64,000 bases of DNA, taken from the IMG/VR virus record IMGVR_UViG_3300047472_000309, positions 124,001-188,000 of that record. One strand, 5' to 3'. The notes under the pieces are model-generated. The model saw nothing but the letters and a program-made list of their open reading frames with translations. It searched no databases and was not told the DNA's origin. The stretch's first letter is position 1; each line of letters starts with the position of its first letter. This document shows, piece by piece, positions 28,616 through 37,308 of this stretch. The position numbers were made by a program, and so were the translations under genes.

Positions 28616-28960
28616 TTAAGCAGCGACAAAGCCATTCATTGCATCGCGCTTAGCGCTGCGGCGCAGCGTGAGCTTAGCGATCACGAACTGAACGAGCTCG
28701 CCACCGATGACTTGCGTCGTCATGGCGAAGACGACGGTCGGGAATACGCAAGCGAGCAAGCCCAGCGAGCAGCCGAACACCGTCAGCGCCAGCATCGCTG
28801 CCGAAGCCGCGAAGTAAACGAAGAGGTCGTTGGAAAACTTGCTGACGACGGCTTGTGCTGCGCCTTCCGTGCCCAGCATCTTTTCGTGCTTCTTGAATTC
28901 CAGAGCGCCGATGAAGAGAGCAACAAAGAGAACGATAGCAGCGATGATGAGTGCGAACAT
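28616..28960 (-). CDS. small membrane protein
   Basis: same layout; first gene after a promoter motif. Confidence 0.7.
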   Translation of the reverse strand: MFALIIAAIVLFVALFIGALEFKKHEKMLGTEGAAQAVVSKFSNDLFVYFAASAAMLALTVFGCSLGLLACVFPTVVFAMTTQVIGGELVQFVIAKLTLRRSAKRDAMNGFVAA

Positions 28961-29014
28961 GGTGAGGCTCCTTTCAGGTGTTTGGGTAGAAGCTATTTGC
29001 TTCTATTCACACGA

Positions 29015-29031
29015 AGAATATATGTTTGAAA
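29015..29031 (-). promoter_or_regulatory. early promoter motif
   Basis: TTTCAAACATATATTCT on minus strand. Confidence 0.55.
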
Positions 29032-29106
29032 TCTTTTTCAATCCACTTTTAAGTGGGCTCAAAGAGATTCCAGACCAGGGAGCCGAAGCCCCTGGTGCTT
29101 ACTCAC

Positions 29107-29460
29107 TTACATCCAGTGGCACAGCGGATGCAGCTGCTTCGGACGATAGGTGCGTCCAGGCAATGCCGTCATGAGAGCGTTGCGCAAGATGCAGGCGATC
29201 GCACCCAGGAAGGTAAAGAACGCTGCAGCTTGCCAGCCAACGTGATAGAGCAGTGCTGCAACGGCGATATAGACGACCGGGATCACCCAGGCCTGCCAGA
29301 TTTCCAGCACGCGCCGTGTGGGTGCCACGAACACGACACGCCGACACCAGTCCGTCGCCGGATGCTGGAGGGGGCCGACTGCTGCCACCACCGTGGTGAC
29401 AAAGTGGAAGACGAAAGCGTAAGCCATCAGACCCGACACGATCATTTCGAATTTGCTCAT
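29107..29460 (-). CDS. small membrane protein
   Basis: about 3 TM segments, AGGAG RBS. Confidence 0.7.
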   Translation of the reverse strand: MSKFEMIVSGLMAYAFVFHFVTTVVAAVGPLQHPATDWCRRVVFVAPTRRVLEIWQAWVIPVVYIAVAALLYHVGWQAAAFFTFLGAIACILRNALMTALPGRTYRPKQLHPLCHWM

Positions 29461-29523
29461 GTGTAACTCCTAGTTGGATTTAGTAGAGGGTTTTGAGTTC
29501 GATACTGGTTTGAACTCATGCGC

Positions 29524-29540
29524 GGAATATATACTTGAAA
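29524..29540 (-). promoter_or_regulatory. early promoter motif
   Basis: TTTCAAGTATATATTCC on minus strand. Confidence 0.55.
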
Positions 29541-29607
29541 AAATCTAGGATCGAGCCCAAAGAAAAATCGACGTCATAAAGGCGAGCCCGAAGGCTCGCC
29601 TCTGGGT

Positions 29608-29964
29608 TTACAGACGGTGGTTGGAAGTGAGGCGCCGAATCTCCTCACTCTGATGCTCAATCACTTCGGCAGGCACATCGGACTCAGGCGGATAGAGGAT
29701 GTAGTTACCGTCACTTGGTTCCTCCACCTCGACACGCTTGCCGCTGTTGCGAGCGCGACACTCGCCTCGCTGACAATGTACGAGTTGCCCGCCCAGTTTT
29801 TCCACATCCGACAGTACCGCCTCCACACTGTCGTACTGGTGCGTCGCCACGTACTTTAACTGGACGTACCGGTGATACTTCATCGCCAACAACGTTATCG
29901 CCACCAGTACAACTAGGAGGGCGATAATGACTTTCTTGGACCTTTTGGTCTCTCTAACTGGCAT
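29608..29964 (-). CDS. membrane-anchored hypothetical protein
   Basis: N-terminal signal anchor. Confidence 0.65.
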   Translation of the reverse strand: MPVRETKRSKKVIIALLVVLVAITLLAMKYHRYVQLKYVATHQYDSVEAVLSDVEKLGGQLVHCQRGECRARNSGKRVEVEEPSDGNYILYPPESDVPAEVIEHQSEEIRRLTSNHRL

Positions 29965-29985
29965 GATCTTCCTGAGGTAAGCCGG

Positions 29986-30330
29986 TTAATCTTTCAGACT
30001 GTCGAAGTACGCCCCATCAACACAACCTTGCGGATCAAGGGTGACGAGAAAGGTTGAAAGGTGGTGTACTGTAAAACGCCGCTGAGTGGGCGGGGCGGTC
30101 ACTTGTCGTACTCGAACGATGCGGCGATTCTCTTTACCGGTGTAAACGAGCTCGAACGCGATGTCAAAGTGAAGTTCTCCGCGCGGAGTGAATTCCCGCG
30201 CCTTGGACTGACCAGCCCACACATGGCTTAATACTTGATGAAACACGGTACTGCTGACACAGTTGCGACGGATGTACTCCAGCCCACGACGCTCGTCAAT
30301 CTCCTCGTTCACGTACATCATCAGGCTCAT
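29986..30330 (-). CDS. hypothetical protein
   Basis: 114 aa, AGGAG RBS. Confidence 0.65.
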   Translation of the reverse strand: MSLMMYVNEEIDERRGLEYIRRNCVSSTVFHQVLSHVWAGQSKAREFTPRGELHFDIAFELVYTGKENRRIVRVRQVTAPPTQRRFTVHHLSTFLVTLDPQGCVDGAYFDSLKD

Positions 30331-30339
30331 CGCTGTCTC

Positions 30340-30702
30340 CTAGGCGTAGTGTGTCTCCCAGACCGGATTGCGCAAGCGTACGGTCTCCTGGACAGTGAGC
30401 GCGTGCGTGTGCACAACCTGGGCTTTGATAACGTCATCCATGTCCACCAGCATGCCTTCCACCTGGTCATCCCAGGTCGATCCAAAGAGCCGGATCAAGA
30501 AGAGCGTGCGTTCAGTGAATTCGAAAGCCCGCTTCGGGATGACGGTCTGTTGAATCGCTTCGATGGTCTGTTTAACGGCCTCCGCTGACCCGAAGGCGCG
30601 TGCATGACCCATGTGCACCGTGAGATCCCAGTCTCGACTGTGTTGCGCCACAGTCAGGTACAAGGGGTTTTGCTTGTGACGCTTAAAACGCAACACATAC
30701 AT
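30340..30702 (-). CDS. hypothetical protein
   Basis: start MYVLRF after AAGGAG. Confidence 0.65.
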   Translation of the reverse strand: MYVLRFKRHKQNPLYLTVAQHSRDWDLTVHMGHARAFGSAEAVKQTIEAIQQTVIPKRAFEFTERTLFLIRLFGSTWDDQVEGMLVDMDDVIKAQVVHTHALTVQETVRLRNPVWETHYA

Positions 30703-30713
30703 CACGACTCTCC

Positions 30714-31217
30714 TTAGGCGGCCACGGGAACCTTGAGCGTGCGCAGGAACCGTTCCATGTCTTCCATGGGTTCGGCCATGTTGCCCCACTGCACCGGCGC
30801 GATGTCGCCGTAAGTGGTCTTCAGGAACAGCTCGACCGCCTTCTTGCTCATCTCGCTCTTGGCCCGCAAGAACCAGTACGCGGTGAGGAGCGACATCTCC
30901 TTGATTTCGCCGTGCTTGAGCAACAGCACCCGGCTCGGTTCGGGCGTATGCACCGAGGTGGTTTCCGCGAAGATGATCGGCGAGAAGAGCAAGCCCGTGA
31001 CCTGGTAGCGGTTGTTCAAGAACTCCATCTTCTCCTGAATGGAGACGGCAAAACGACGCTCCATGTCAAAGAGGATAAAGCTCGGTCCCAACGGCGTGCG
31101 CGAGAGGATCGGCGGCATGGCCGACTCCACGAAAAGGTCACCCCCGATGTGACGTAGCTGCAAGTCGGTGAGCAACCGGTGCATGGTCGTGATGATTTGT
31201 GCGTTCTGAATGTTCAT
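30714..31217 (-). CDS. hypothetical protein
   Basis: 167 aa ORF. Confidence 0.7.
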   Translation of the reverse strand: MNIQNAQIITTMHRLLTDLQLRHIGGDLFVESAMPPILSRTPLGPSFILFDMERRFAVSIQEKMEFLNNRYQVTGLLFSPIIFAETTSVHTPEPSRVLLLKHGEIKEMSLLTAYWFLRAKSEMSKKAVELFLKTTYGDIAPVQWGNMAEPMEDMERFLRTLKVPVAA

Positions 31218-31220
31218 GTT

Positions 31221-31694
31221 CTATATTTGATACTGATAATGGTCAAACACGTGGTAGGTCCCGAACTGGAGAAAATCCAGTCCACTTTCTGTGCCCTGTT
31301 TAATCAGAACATCTATTTTTTCCGTAAACTCCAGGCTTGAATCCCGAAAGCTCAGGCTTTTAAACACTTCCCACATCCAGAGCGCCAACTGCTGCTTGGT
31401 GCGAATACTCGCCTTTTCTTTGGGAATGTCCACGTACCAGCAAGGGTCCGCAGGCAGTGGGGCAATCCGTGCGCAGGTGATCAACAGGTTAAACGGATGA
31501 ATCGGTGACTCTTGGCGCACCAACACATGGCCGCCCGTATCCGGCGAAATGAGGGTCAAGCACTTACGGTTCTCATACACCGAATGCAAGTAGTCGAGCG
31601 AAAACTTTACATCCTCGTCGTGCGAACCCACATCGAGCATAAAGCGCACGAGTGAGTCACCAAACTGGGTCAAGCTCGACTGGCGGATCTGCAT
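31221..31694 (-). CDS. hypothetical protein
   Basis: 157 aa, AGGAG RBS. Confidence 0.7.
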   Translation of the reverse strand: MQIRQSSLTQFGDSLVRFMLDVGSHDEDVKFSLDYLHSVYENRKCLTLISPDTGGHVLVRQESPIHPFNLLITCARIAPLPADPCWYVDIPKEKASIRTKQQLALWMWEVFKSLSFRDSSLEFTEKIDVLIKQGTESGLDFLQFGTYHVFDHYQYQI

Positions 31695-31803
31695 GTTGTA
31701 CTCTCCTGTTTAAAAGTGAGGGCCTACTCCTTATTTCAATTGATGGGGCAGTGCGGTCAAAAAGACTTAGCCAGCATAAAGACGGGACCGAAGTCCCGTC
31801 ATG

Positions 31804-32406
31804 CTAAGCCTCTTCCGTCTGGACGGTGGTCCGATAGATTTCCATGCCCCGAATGAGTCCAGCAGGCGTTACATCCAGATTCAGGCGCGCGCAGGCACGA
31901 TGCTCGCGCGTGACACGCTGGCCAGCGGGAAAGTCAAACAGCACCACAAAGACACGATCGAAGATGTCGCGCCCGACCCGCCAGGCGGCCGTGCGGGCCC
32001 GTAGGTTCGCCATGCCTTCAAACTGCACCTCCCCCATCTCGTCCATCTTGCGAGCGAGTTTTAACTGAGTCGCCTCGTTCTTACAGAAGGGACCTAAGAG
32101 ATTTAAAATCTCCTGGTACGAATGGGTTTCCCCTTGCACTGAGCGCAAGTCGTATACACCGCCGCTCTTGCTGGCTTTGATCCGTGTCGGGCAAAAGCCT
32201 TCCTTCAGATAAGTGCACAATTCGCGGTAGAGCTTTATGCCGTAGTATTCGCGAGTGATCTGGTCGCGGTACTGGCGATGGGTATATTGATCCTTGCCGA
32301 CTTCCTTGGCACGCACCTTAGCAGCGCGCACAATCCAGGATTTAATCTTCTCGGCTTCTTCTTGCGTTACTGCAATCATGCTGCCTGCTCCAAAATTTTT
32401 TGCCAT
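31804..32406 (-). CDS. hypothetical protein
   Basis: 200 aa ORF between two hairpins. Confidence 0.7.
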   Translation of the reverse strand: MAKNFGAGSMIAVTQEEAEKIKSWIVRAAKVRAKEVGKDQYTHRQYRDQITREYYGIKLYRELCTYLKEGFCPTRIKASKSGGVYDLRSVQGETHSYQEILNLLGPFCKNEATQLKLARKMDEMGEVQFEGMANLRARTAAWRVGRDIFDRVFVVLFDFPAGQRVTREHRACARLNLDVTPAGLIRGMEIYRTTVQTEEA

Positions 32407-32468
32407 CTCATAAGTGCTGAGGGTAAAAAATGATGGTCATAAGAGAGGACCCGAAGGCCCTCTCGGTG

Positions 32469-32894
32469 TTACTCGTAGGGTACTGACGGGGCAGGATGCA
32501 CCACTCCCACACTGCCAAAGGTCCAGCGGGAAAACAGATGCACGCCAAAGTCCGCAATCATGCCGCTCGTCGGATCGAGCTTGTACGACATCCGTGCATA
32601 GCGCGGTTGCTTAAGCGCAGTAGCGTCCAACGCAACAGCCGATGCGATCACCGCGAGGTCCAGCGACGGATCGCTCGTGTAGTACATGATGAACTGCTCG
32701 GGCGTCAAGACCTGGTTGTGCTCAGCAAACTTACGCTGCGCAAACGAGAGGAAACGGTAATAGCTGTCCCGTGCTTGCCAGCCCACTAGCGTAGTCTGAT
32801 CCGAGTACATAATCAGATCGTTCCCAAAGCTTGCTGCATCCGTTGCCACTAAGGAGCCGTCGCGCGGCACCTTACTCCAAAAACCTGCTGCCAT
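32469..32894 (-). CDS. hypothetical protein
   Basis: 141 aa, AAGGAG RBS. Confidence 0.7.
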   Translation of the reverse strand: MAAGFWSKVPRDGSLVATDAASFGNDLIMYSDQTTLVGWQARDSYYRFLSFAQRKFAEHNQVLTPEQFIMYYTSDPSLDLAVIASAVALDATALKQPRYARMSYKLDPTSGMIADFGVHLFSRWTFGSVGVVHPAPSVPYE

Positions 32895-32936
32895 GTTCGC
32901 GCTCCTTATTTCCTCACACAGGATGAGGCGCAGGCC

Positions 32937-33455
32937 TTAGGGCTGGATGTCGCCGTCTTCAGGTACGTCGGGCAGTGGTGTAGTGGCGTAGGACTTCACC
33001 CGGTTTGGATCGATGGTGTTGGGTGTCACCTCCTCCTTGGGCGGCACCGCCAGTCCATACGCCGGATACATCAGCTCGATGCCCTGTCGATCGGTCTTGA
33101 TGTGGCCACAAAGCTCGAGAAACTTCTTCACGAGTTCGAACGATAGGTTGGCGAGCCGCTTCGGATCAAAGGTCCATTCCTGCGACCACTTAGCCTCCCC
33201 CTTGAGCATCATGACGACCATCAGCACACAACCGCCCGGCACACCTTCCTTAGCCGTGACGAAGGCATGCAATTCCCGGCCATCTTCGGGCAGTGAGCAC
33301 GAGAGCGTCTCAATGGGCTTGCCATTCCACTGCAGCGCCCCCAGGGTCGTATAGAGCCCGCAGTCAGGCAGCTCCCGACGCTCGATGTCCAGCAAGAGAC
33401 GAAGAAAGAACTGCCGCTCCAGCGGCGTGTCCATCCCACAGTTTCTGATGCGCAC
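32937..33455 (-). CDS. hypothetical protein
   Basis: 172 aa ORF. Confidence 0.7.
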   Translation of the reverse strand: MRIRNCGMDTPLERQFFLRLLLDIERRELPDCGLYTTLGALQWNGKPIETLSCSLPEDGRELHAFVTAKEGVPGGCVLMVVMMLKGEAKWSQEWTFDPKRLANLSFELVKKFLELCGHIKTDRQGIELMYPAYGLAVPPKEEVTPNTIDPNRVKSYATTPLPDVPEDGDIQP

Positions 33456-33470
33456 TACTTCTCTCCTAGG

Positions 33471-34064
33471 TTATTGCGAAGCCGGACGCAGGTTCACTGC
33501 ATGCGACTTGCCAGTAGCGAATTGCTTCGAGACGTCCCCGTCCACGAGCGGCTTGTACTTGTCCAGGTCCAGATGCGGGTAGCCGACGATGTGCATGGCC
33601 ACGCCACCAGGGAATGAACCGAGCGCCGTCTTGTAGGAGCGCGTGGCATCGATGAGCGCCGTCTGGTTGTTCTGAAACTCATCCCGACCTGCCTGGATGA
33701 TTTCCTGGAGCTTGCGATAGACGCTCGAATCGATCTGCGGGTTCTGTTCGTGAATCGCCTGGAACACCGCTTTCGCACCGTCCTTGCCGTAGCGATTTTG
33801 CAGCGCCGCCGTGATGACTTCCTTGATGTCGGACTTCTGCATGTCGGTCACCTGCGCGGCTTCCTGGACCTTTTGCGTATAGTTCGACAGGATGTTCTGG
33901 TTGTTCTGGTAGACCGCATCGATGTGTTGCTCGAAACGGTTACCAGAGTTGTACGCGCCGATCAGCGTGCCGCCGACCACCGCGATAGCGCCCAGGATAA
34001 GTCCGACAGTGATCGCCAGTGCCAACACCAGGGTTTTGTTCGAGTTGCTTTGTGTGGTTGCCAT
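33471..34064 (-). CDS. LemA-like membrane-anchored protein
   Basis: N-terminal TM, YN....E..I.A, helical body, ..Y...L..FPG C-terminal motif. Confidence 0.6.
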   Translation of the reverse strand: MATTQSNSNKTLVLALAITVGLILGAIAVVGGTLIGAYNSGNRFEQHIDAVYQNNQNILSNYTQKVQEAAQVTDMQKSDIKEVITAALQNRYGKDGAKAVFQAIHEQNPQIDSSVYRKLQEIIQAGRDEFQNNQTALIDATRSYKTALGSFPGGVAMHIVGYPHLDLDKYKPLVDGDVSKQFATGKSHAVNLRPASQ

Positions 34065-34081
34065 GTTCTGTTACTTCCTTG

Positions 34082-35161
34082 TTAGTAGCGATAGCGCCGA
34101 CGGCGCGGTTTGTTGAGAAAGAGGACGATGCCCCCGGCCGTAGCGGCCAGTGAGAGCAACGCAATGATGACGCAGGCTGACATCGAAGGGGTCGATTCCC
34201 AAGCGAGGTAGCTAAAATCCTTCATGTGCTTGCGCTGAAAATCGCGGTTGACCCAGCCGCCGATTAACGTCGTCGTATCGACAGGGTCAAGCGTGCCTTT
34301 GTCTTGGATCGCGTCAGCCACCTGAATCTTGAAGGCTTCGTTATCCGACCAACTAAAGACACGGGTCCAATCGACTGTCGGATAGTGACTCGTCCCGATG
34401 ACCGCGACCACATCGTTTTTCTTGCCGCCCAACCAAGCCGCCCGAAGAGCATTGGCAAAATTAGGATCTTGAACAGTCGTAAGCACAAGGATGACATTGA
34501 CTTGTTTCCTCGGTCCAAGGGGTCGCAGCATCAACGCGAGCTGCTGATTCCACGCATTAAGGGTGAGTTCATTCATCGGTACGTTACCCACGAGCAAGAC
34601 CCGTCGGATCTTGTAGTAGTCGTAGATGCCATCCGGATAGGACGGAATCATCGACTTGTAGGTACCGATGAGGGTCTTTTGCTCGCGCGTGTTAAAGAGC
34701 GAGTCTTTCGCCCCCATCACGTAGTTGATGAAGCGATGCGTTTGCGCCACGGGGTCACCGATATGAATCTGGCTCCAGCGGGGTGGCTCGTAGAGGCCTT
34801 GCGCATCGATGCGACGGATCTTGATGTCGTCACCCGCGGTGTTTTCTACCTTCCAGTCCACATCGTAGTCGTGCTCGTAACAGGTGTCACAGGTCGTGGT
34901 CTTGCCTTGAGTGCGACAGTTGCACGAGTAGCTGTGTTCACACGACACGTGCTCCGAATACTTTTTGGTCACCTCGCCATTCCACACTTCGGTGTCGACC
35001 CGATTGTGAAAGAGTACGCCCCCATAGCCAATCAGCACTACCAGTGGCCCCACCACCGCCAGCACAATCAAGGCAGCACGCTCAAACTTCTTACGATGCC
35101 AAAAGAGCGCGCCTGCCGTGAACCCGCCACTTAAGGCGAGCAGATAGAGAAGAGATTCCAT
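34082..35161 (-). CDS. membrane protein, partner of the LemA-like gene
   Basis: 2 N-terminal TMs, CEHSYSCNC...CDTCYEH Cys cluster, W.GGKKND motif, C-terminal TM. Confidence 0.65.
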   Translation of the reverse strand: MESLLYLLALSGGFTAGALFWHRKKFERAALIVLAVVGPLVVLIGYGGVLFHNRVDTEVWNGEVTKKYSEHVSCEHSYSCNCRTQGKTTTCDTCYEHDYDVDWKVENTAGDDIKIRRIDAQGLYEPPRWSQIHIGDPVAQTHRFINYVMGAKDSLFNTREQKTLIGTYKSMIPSYPDGIYDYYKIRRVLLVGNVPMNELTLNAWNQQLALMLRPLGPRKQVNVILVLTTVQDPNFANALRAAWLGGKKNDVVAVIGTSHYPTVDWTRVFSWSDNEAFKIQVADAIQDKGTLDPVDTTTLIGGWVNRDFQRKHMKDFSYLAWESTPSMSACVIIALLSLAATAGGIVLFLNKPRRRRYRY

Positions 35162-35172
35162 TTTCTTTCTTG

Positions 35173-35466
35173 TTAAATCCCGAGAATCATGAGGAGGATC
35201 ATCAGTGCAGCCCCGATGACGATATACAGCCCGACGAGTGCGTACATAAACCGCCGCCAGTAGCGCGCTTGTTGCTTGCGCTTGGGCGTATCCTCAAAGA
35301 GCGGGATGCGGTTCCAAGCGAGATTGAGCGCGACGAGCAACGGTAAGAACAACAACAGCATCGTACCCTGCCAGATGACCGGTCCTGCATGCGAGCCGCT
35401 GATGGGCGCCGACATGGCGGAGATAGACACGGCCGTCGCCAGCCCCGTGGCGATTGCGATACTCAT
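35173..35466 (-). CDS. small membrane protein
   Basis: hydrophobic segments. Confidence 0.6.
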   Translation of the reverse strand: MSIAIATGLATAVSISAMSAPISGSHAGPVIWQGTMLLLFLPLLVALNLAWNRIPLFEDTPKRKQQARYWRRFMYALVGLYIVIGAALMILLMILGI

Positions 35467-35529
35467 GATGGTCCTTTCTGGAACTATGAATTAACTCACA
35501 CCGTAAGATAACGGCGATGGGTAAATTTA

Positions 35530-35937
35530 CTAGACCAATTTAGGCTGTTCGTCATCAGTGAGGTTCGCCGCTTTGGAGAGCACGAGGTTATCCACGACGC
35601 CTTGTGCGTTGATGATGAAAAGCGCATCCACGTCAACCGTAGGATGGTGCGGCTCTTGGCCCAGGATACTGAGCTTAAGCTGGTACGCCAGCATCTCAGC
35701 GTCTTCGCCGTGAAAGTCAAACACGGCCTTGACCTTTTGCAGCTCCACCGTGCATTCGACTGCGTCGGTGTTGTAGCTCTTGCCATAGAGCGAGAGTTCT
35801 TGCGCGACCCACTCACGAGCGAGCCGGAACATGTGGGGTTTGCGCTCGGGGTCCGCCTGCGGCTCGAGAAACGCAAAGATCGCGTCGAGCTGACCCGTGC
35901 TTGCAGTGGCGTTCAACATGATCTGGTTATTGGCCAT
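35530..35937 (-). CDS. hypothetical protein
   Basis: 135 aa, AGGAG RBS, follows an early promoter motif. Confidence 0.7.
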   Translation of the reverse strand: MANNQIMLNATASTGQLDAIFAFLEPQADPERKPHMFRLAREWVAQELSLYGKSYNTDAVECTVELQKVKAVFDFHGEDAEMLAYQLKLSILGQEPHHPTVDVDALFIINAQGVVDNLVLSKAANLTDDEQPKLV

Positions 35938-35964
35938 ACAGTTCTCCTGATTGATGACATAGCA

Positions 35965-35981
35965 GTAATATAGGTGCGTAA
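35965..35981 (-). promoter_or_regulatory. early promoter motif
   Basis: TTACGCACCTATATTAC on minus strand. Confidence 0.6.
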
Positions 35982-36060
35982 TCTTTTTCGGTAAGTAAAA
36001 AAATATTGGATCGTATGAAGTGTATTTTTTTCGCTTCGATCACTACCGAAAGGGGTTAGC

Positions 36061-36852
36061 ATGAGCAACAGTAAGTACAAGCGTAAACGCAAGACGCATG
36101 ATGCGCGCGACTTCGTTTACCACGGTCACAAGACCTTCGGGGCGGCCCTGATTCCGCCCAAAGCGGACTTGACGCCTTACCTCGGCCCGGTCTTCGATCA
36201 AGATCAGCTCGGTAGCTGCACCGCCAACGCCTGCGCAGGCGCACTTGAATACGAACAGAACATCCAGAACAACAATCACAACGCCGTGCCACTCTCGCGG
36301 CTATTCCTGTACTGGAATGAGCGTAATCTGGAAGGCACGGTCGATCAGGATTCGGGTGGTCAGATTCGTGATGTGGTGAAAGCCGCAGCCCAGTACGGCG
36401 CGCCGCTCGAAACCACCTGGCCGTACAATGAACGGGCGTTTCGTCAGAAGCCTTCGCTCGAAGCATATACTGAAGGGCTGCAACATCGGGCACTGAAGTA
36501 CGAAGCCGTGCCGCAGGACATGACGGCCTTCAAGCACGTGCTGGCGGTGCTCAATCGTCCGATTCTGATCGGCATCATGGTGTTCGATTCGTTCGAGTCG
36601 CAAGAAACGATCGCCTCCGGGGTCGTTCCGATGCCGGGTGCGAATGAAACCTGCCAGGGCGGTCACGCCGTGCTGTGCGTGGGTTACGACGATCAGAAGC
36701 AAGCATTTCTCGTGCGGAACTCCTGGAACGAAATCTATCCTCCGGCTTGGCCGGGTTCGAAGGAGCGAGGCTCGTTCTGGTTGCCCTACGAGTACATGAT
36801 GAATCCGGAACTCGCTGAAGACTTCTGGGTGATCACAAGCGTGAACGGCTAA
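36061..36852 (+). CDS. papain-family (C1A) cysteine protease
   Basis: DQDQLGSCTANA (Gln/Cys), GGHAVLCVGYDD (His), VRNSW (Asn). Confidence 0.92.
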   Translation: MSNSKYKRKRKTHDARDFVYHGHKTFGAALIPPKADLTPYLGPVFDQDQLGSCTANACAGALEYEQNIQNNNHNAVPLSRLFLYWNERNLEGTVDQDSGGQIRDVVKAAAQYGAPLETTWPYNERAFRQKPSLEAYTEGLQHRALKYEAVPQDMTAFKHVLAVLNRPILIGIMVFDSFESQETIASGVVPMPGANETCQGGHAVLCVGYDDQKQAFLVRNSWNEIYPPAWPGSKERGSFWLPYEYMMNPELAEDFWVITSVNG

Positions 36853-36877
36853 GCAAAAAAAGAAGGACAGCATAGAC

Positions 36878-36900
36878 GCCCTCCCCGTCGCGGGGAGGGC
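36878..36900. terminator. bidirectional hairpin terminator
   Basis: GCCCTCCCCG-TCG-CGGGGAGGGC between convergent genes, flanked by CATA and TATG. Confidence 0.75.
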
Positions 36901-36920
36901 TTATGTCGCTTGAGCCTTGA

Positions 36921-37286
36921 TTACGCAGCGAAGAGTTCCACCGCTTCGTACCTCGCCGTGGGTGTGTCCTCGATCAGCTTCGACATGATTGCGTCCTTGA
37001 ACTCGACCGGCAGCAGCGTTGCGTTGTGCTGGCTATTGGCCCAGCTAAACGACGTCGGCTTTTCCTCATCCGCGAAGTAAACCTGGCTGAGATACTGATA
37101 CTTCTTCTCACCCCGTTCATCATACGCACGACGAATCACCCAGCCGAAGCTCTTGGAGTCCACTGTCTTTTCAAGGATCTCCGCTGCGTGTCGTACCCCA
37201 TTATCGTACGCGCGCATGGTGTCCAAGTGAGCGGGCTTCTGCGGAACTTCCTTGAGGATAAGAGCCACCAGGGGATGCTTATTCAT
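36921..37286 (-). CDS. hypothetical protein co-transcribed after the Tas gene
   Basis: 121 aa, GAGGAG RBS, starts 22 bp after the Tas stop codon. Confidence 0.7.
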   Translation of the reverse strand: MNKHPLVALILKEVPQKPAHLDTMRAYDNGVRHAAEILEKTVDSKSFGWVIRRAYDERGEKKYQYLSQVYFADEEKPTSFSWANSQHNATLLPVEFKDAIMSKLIEDTPTARYEAVELFAA

Positions 37287-37308
37287 TTACCACTCCTCTT
37301 TTAAACAG

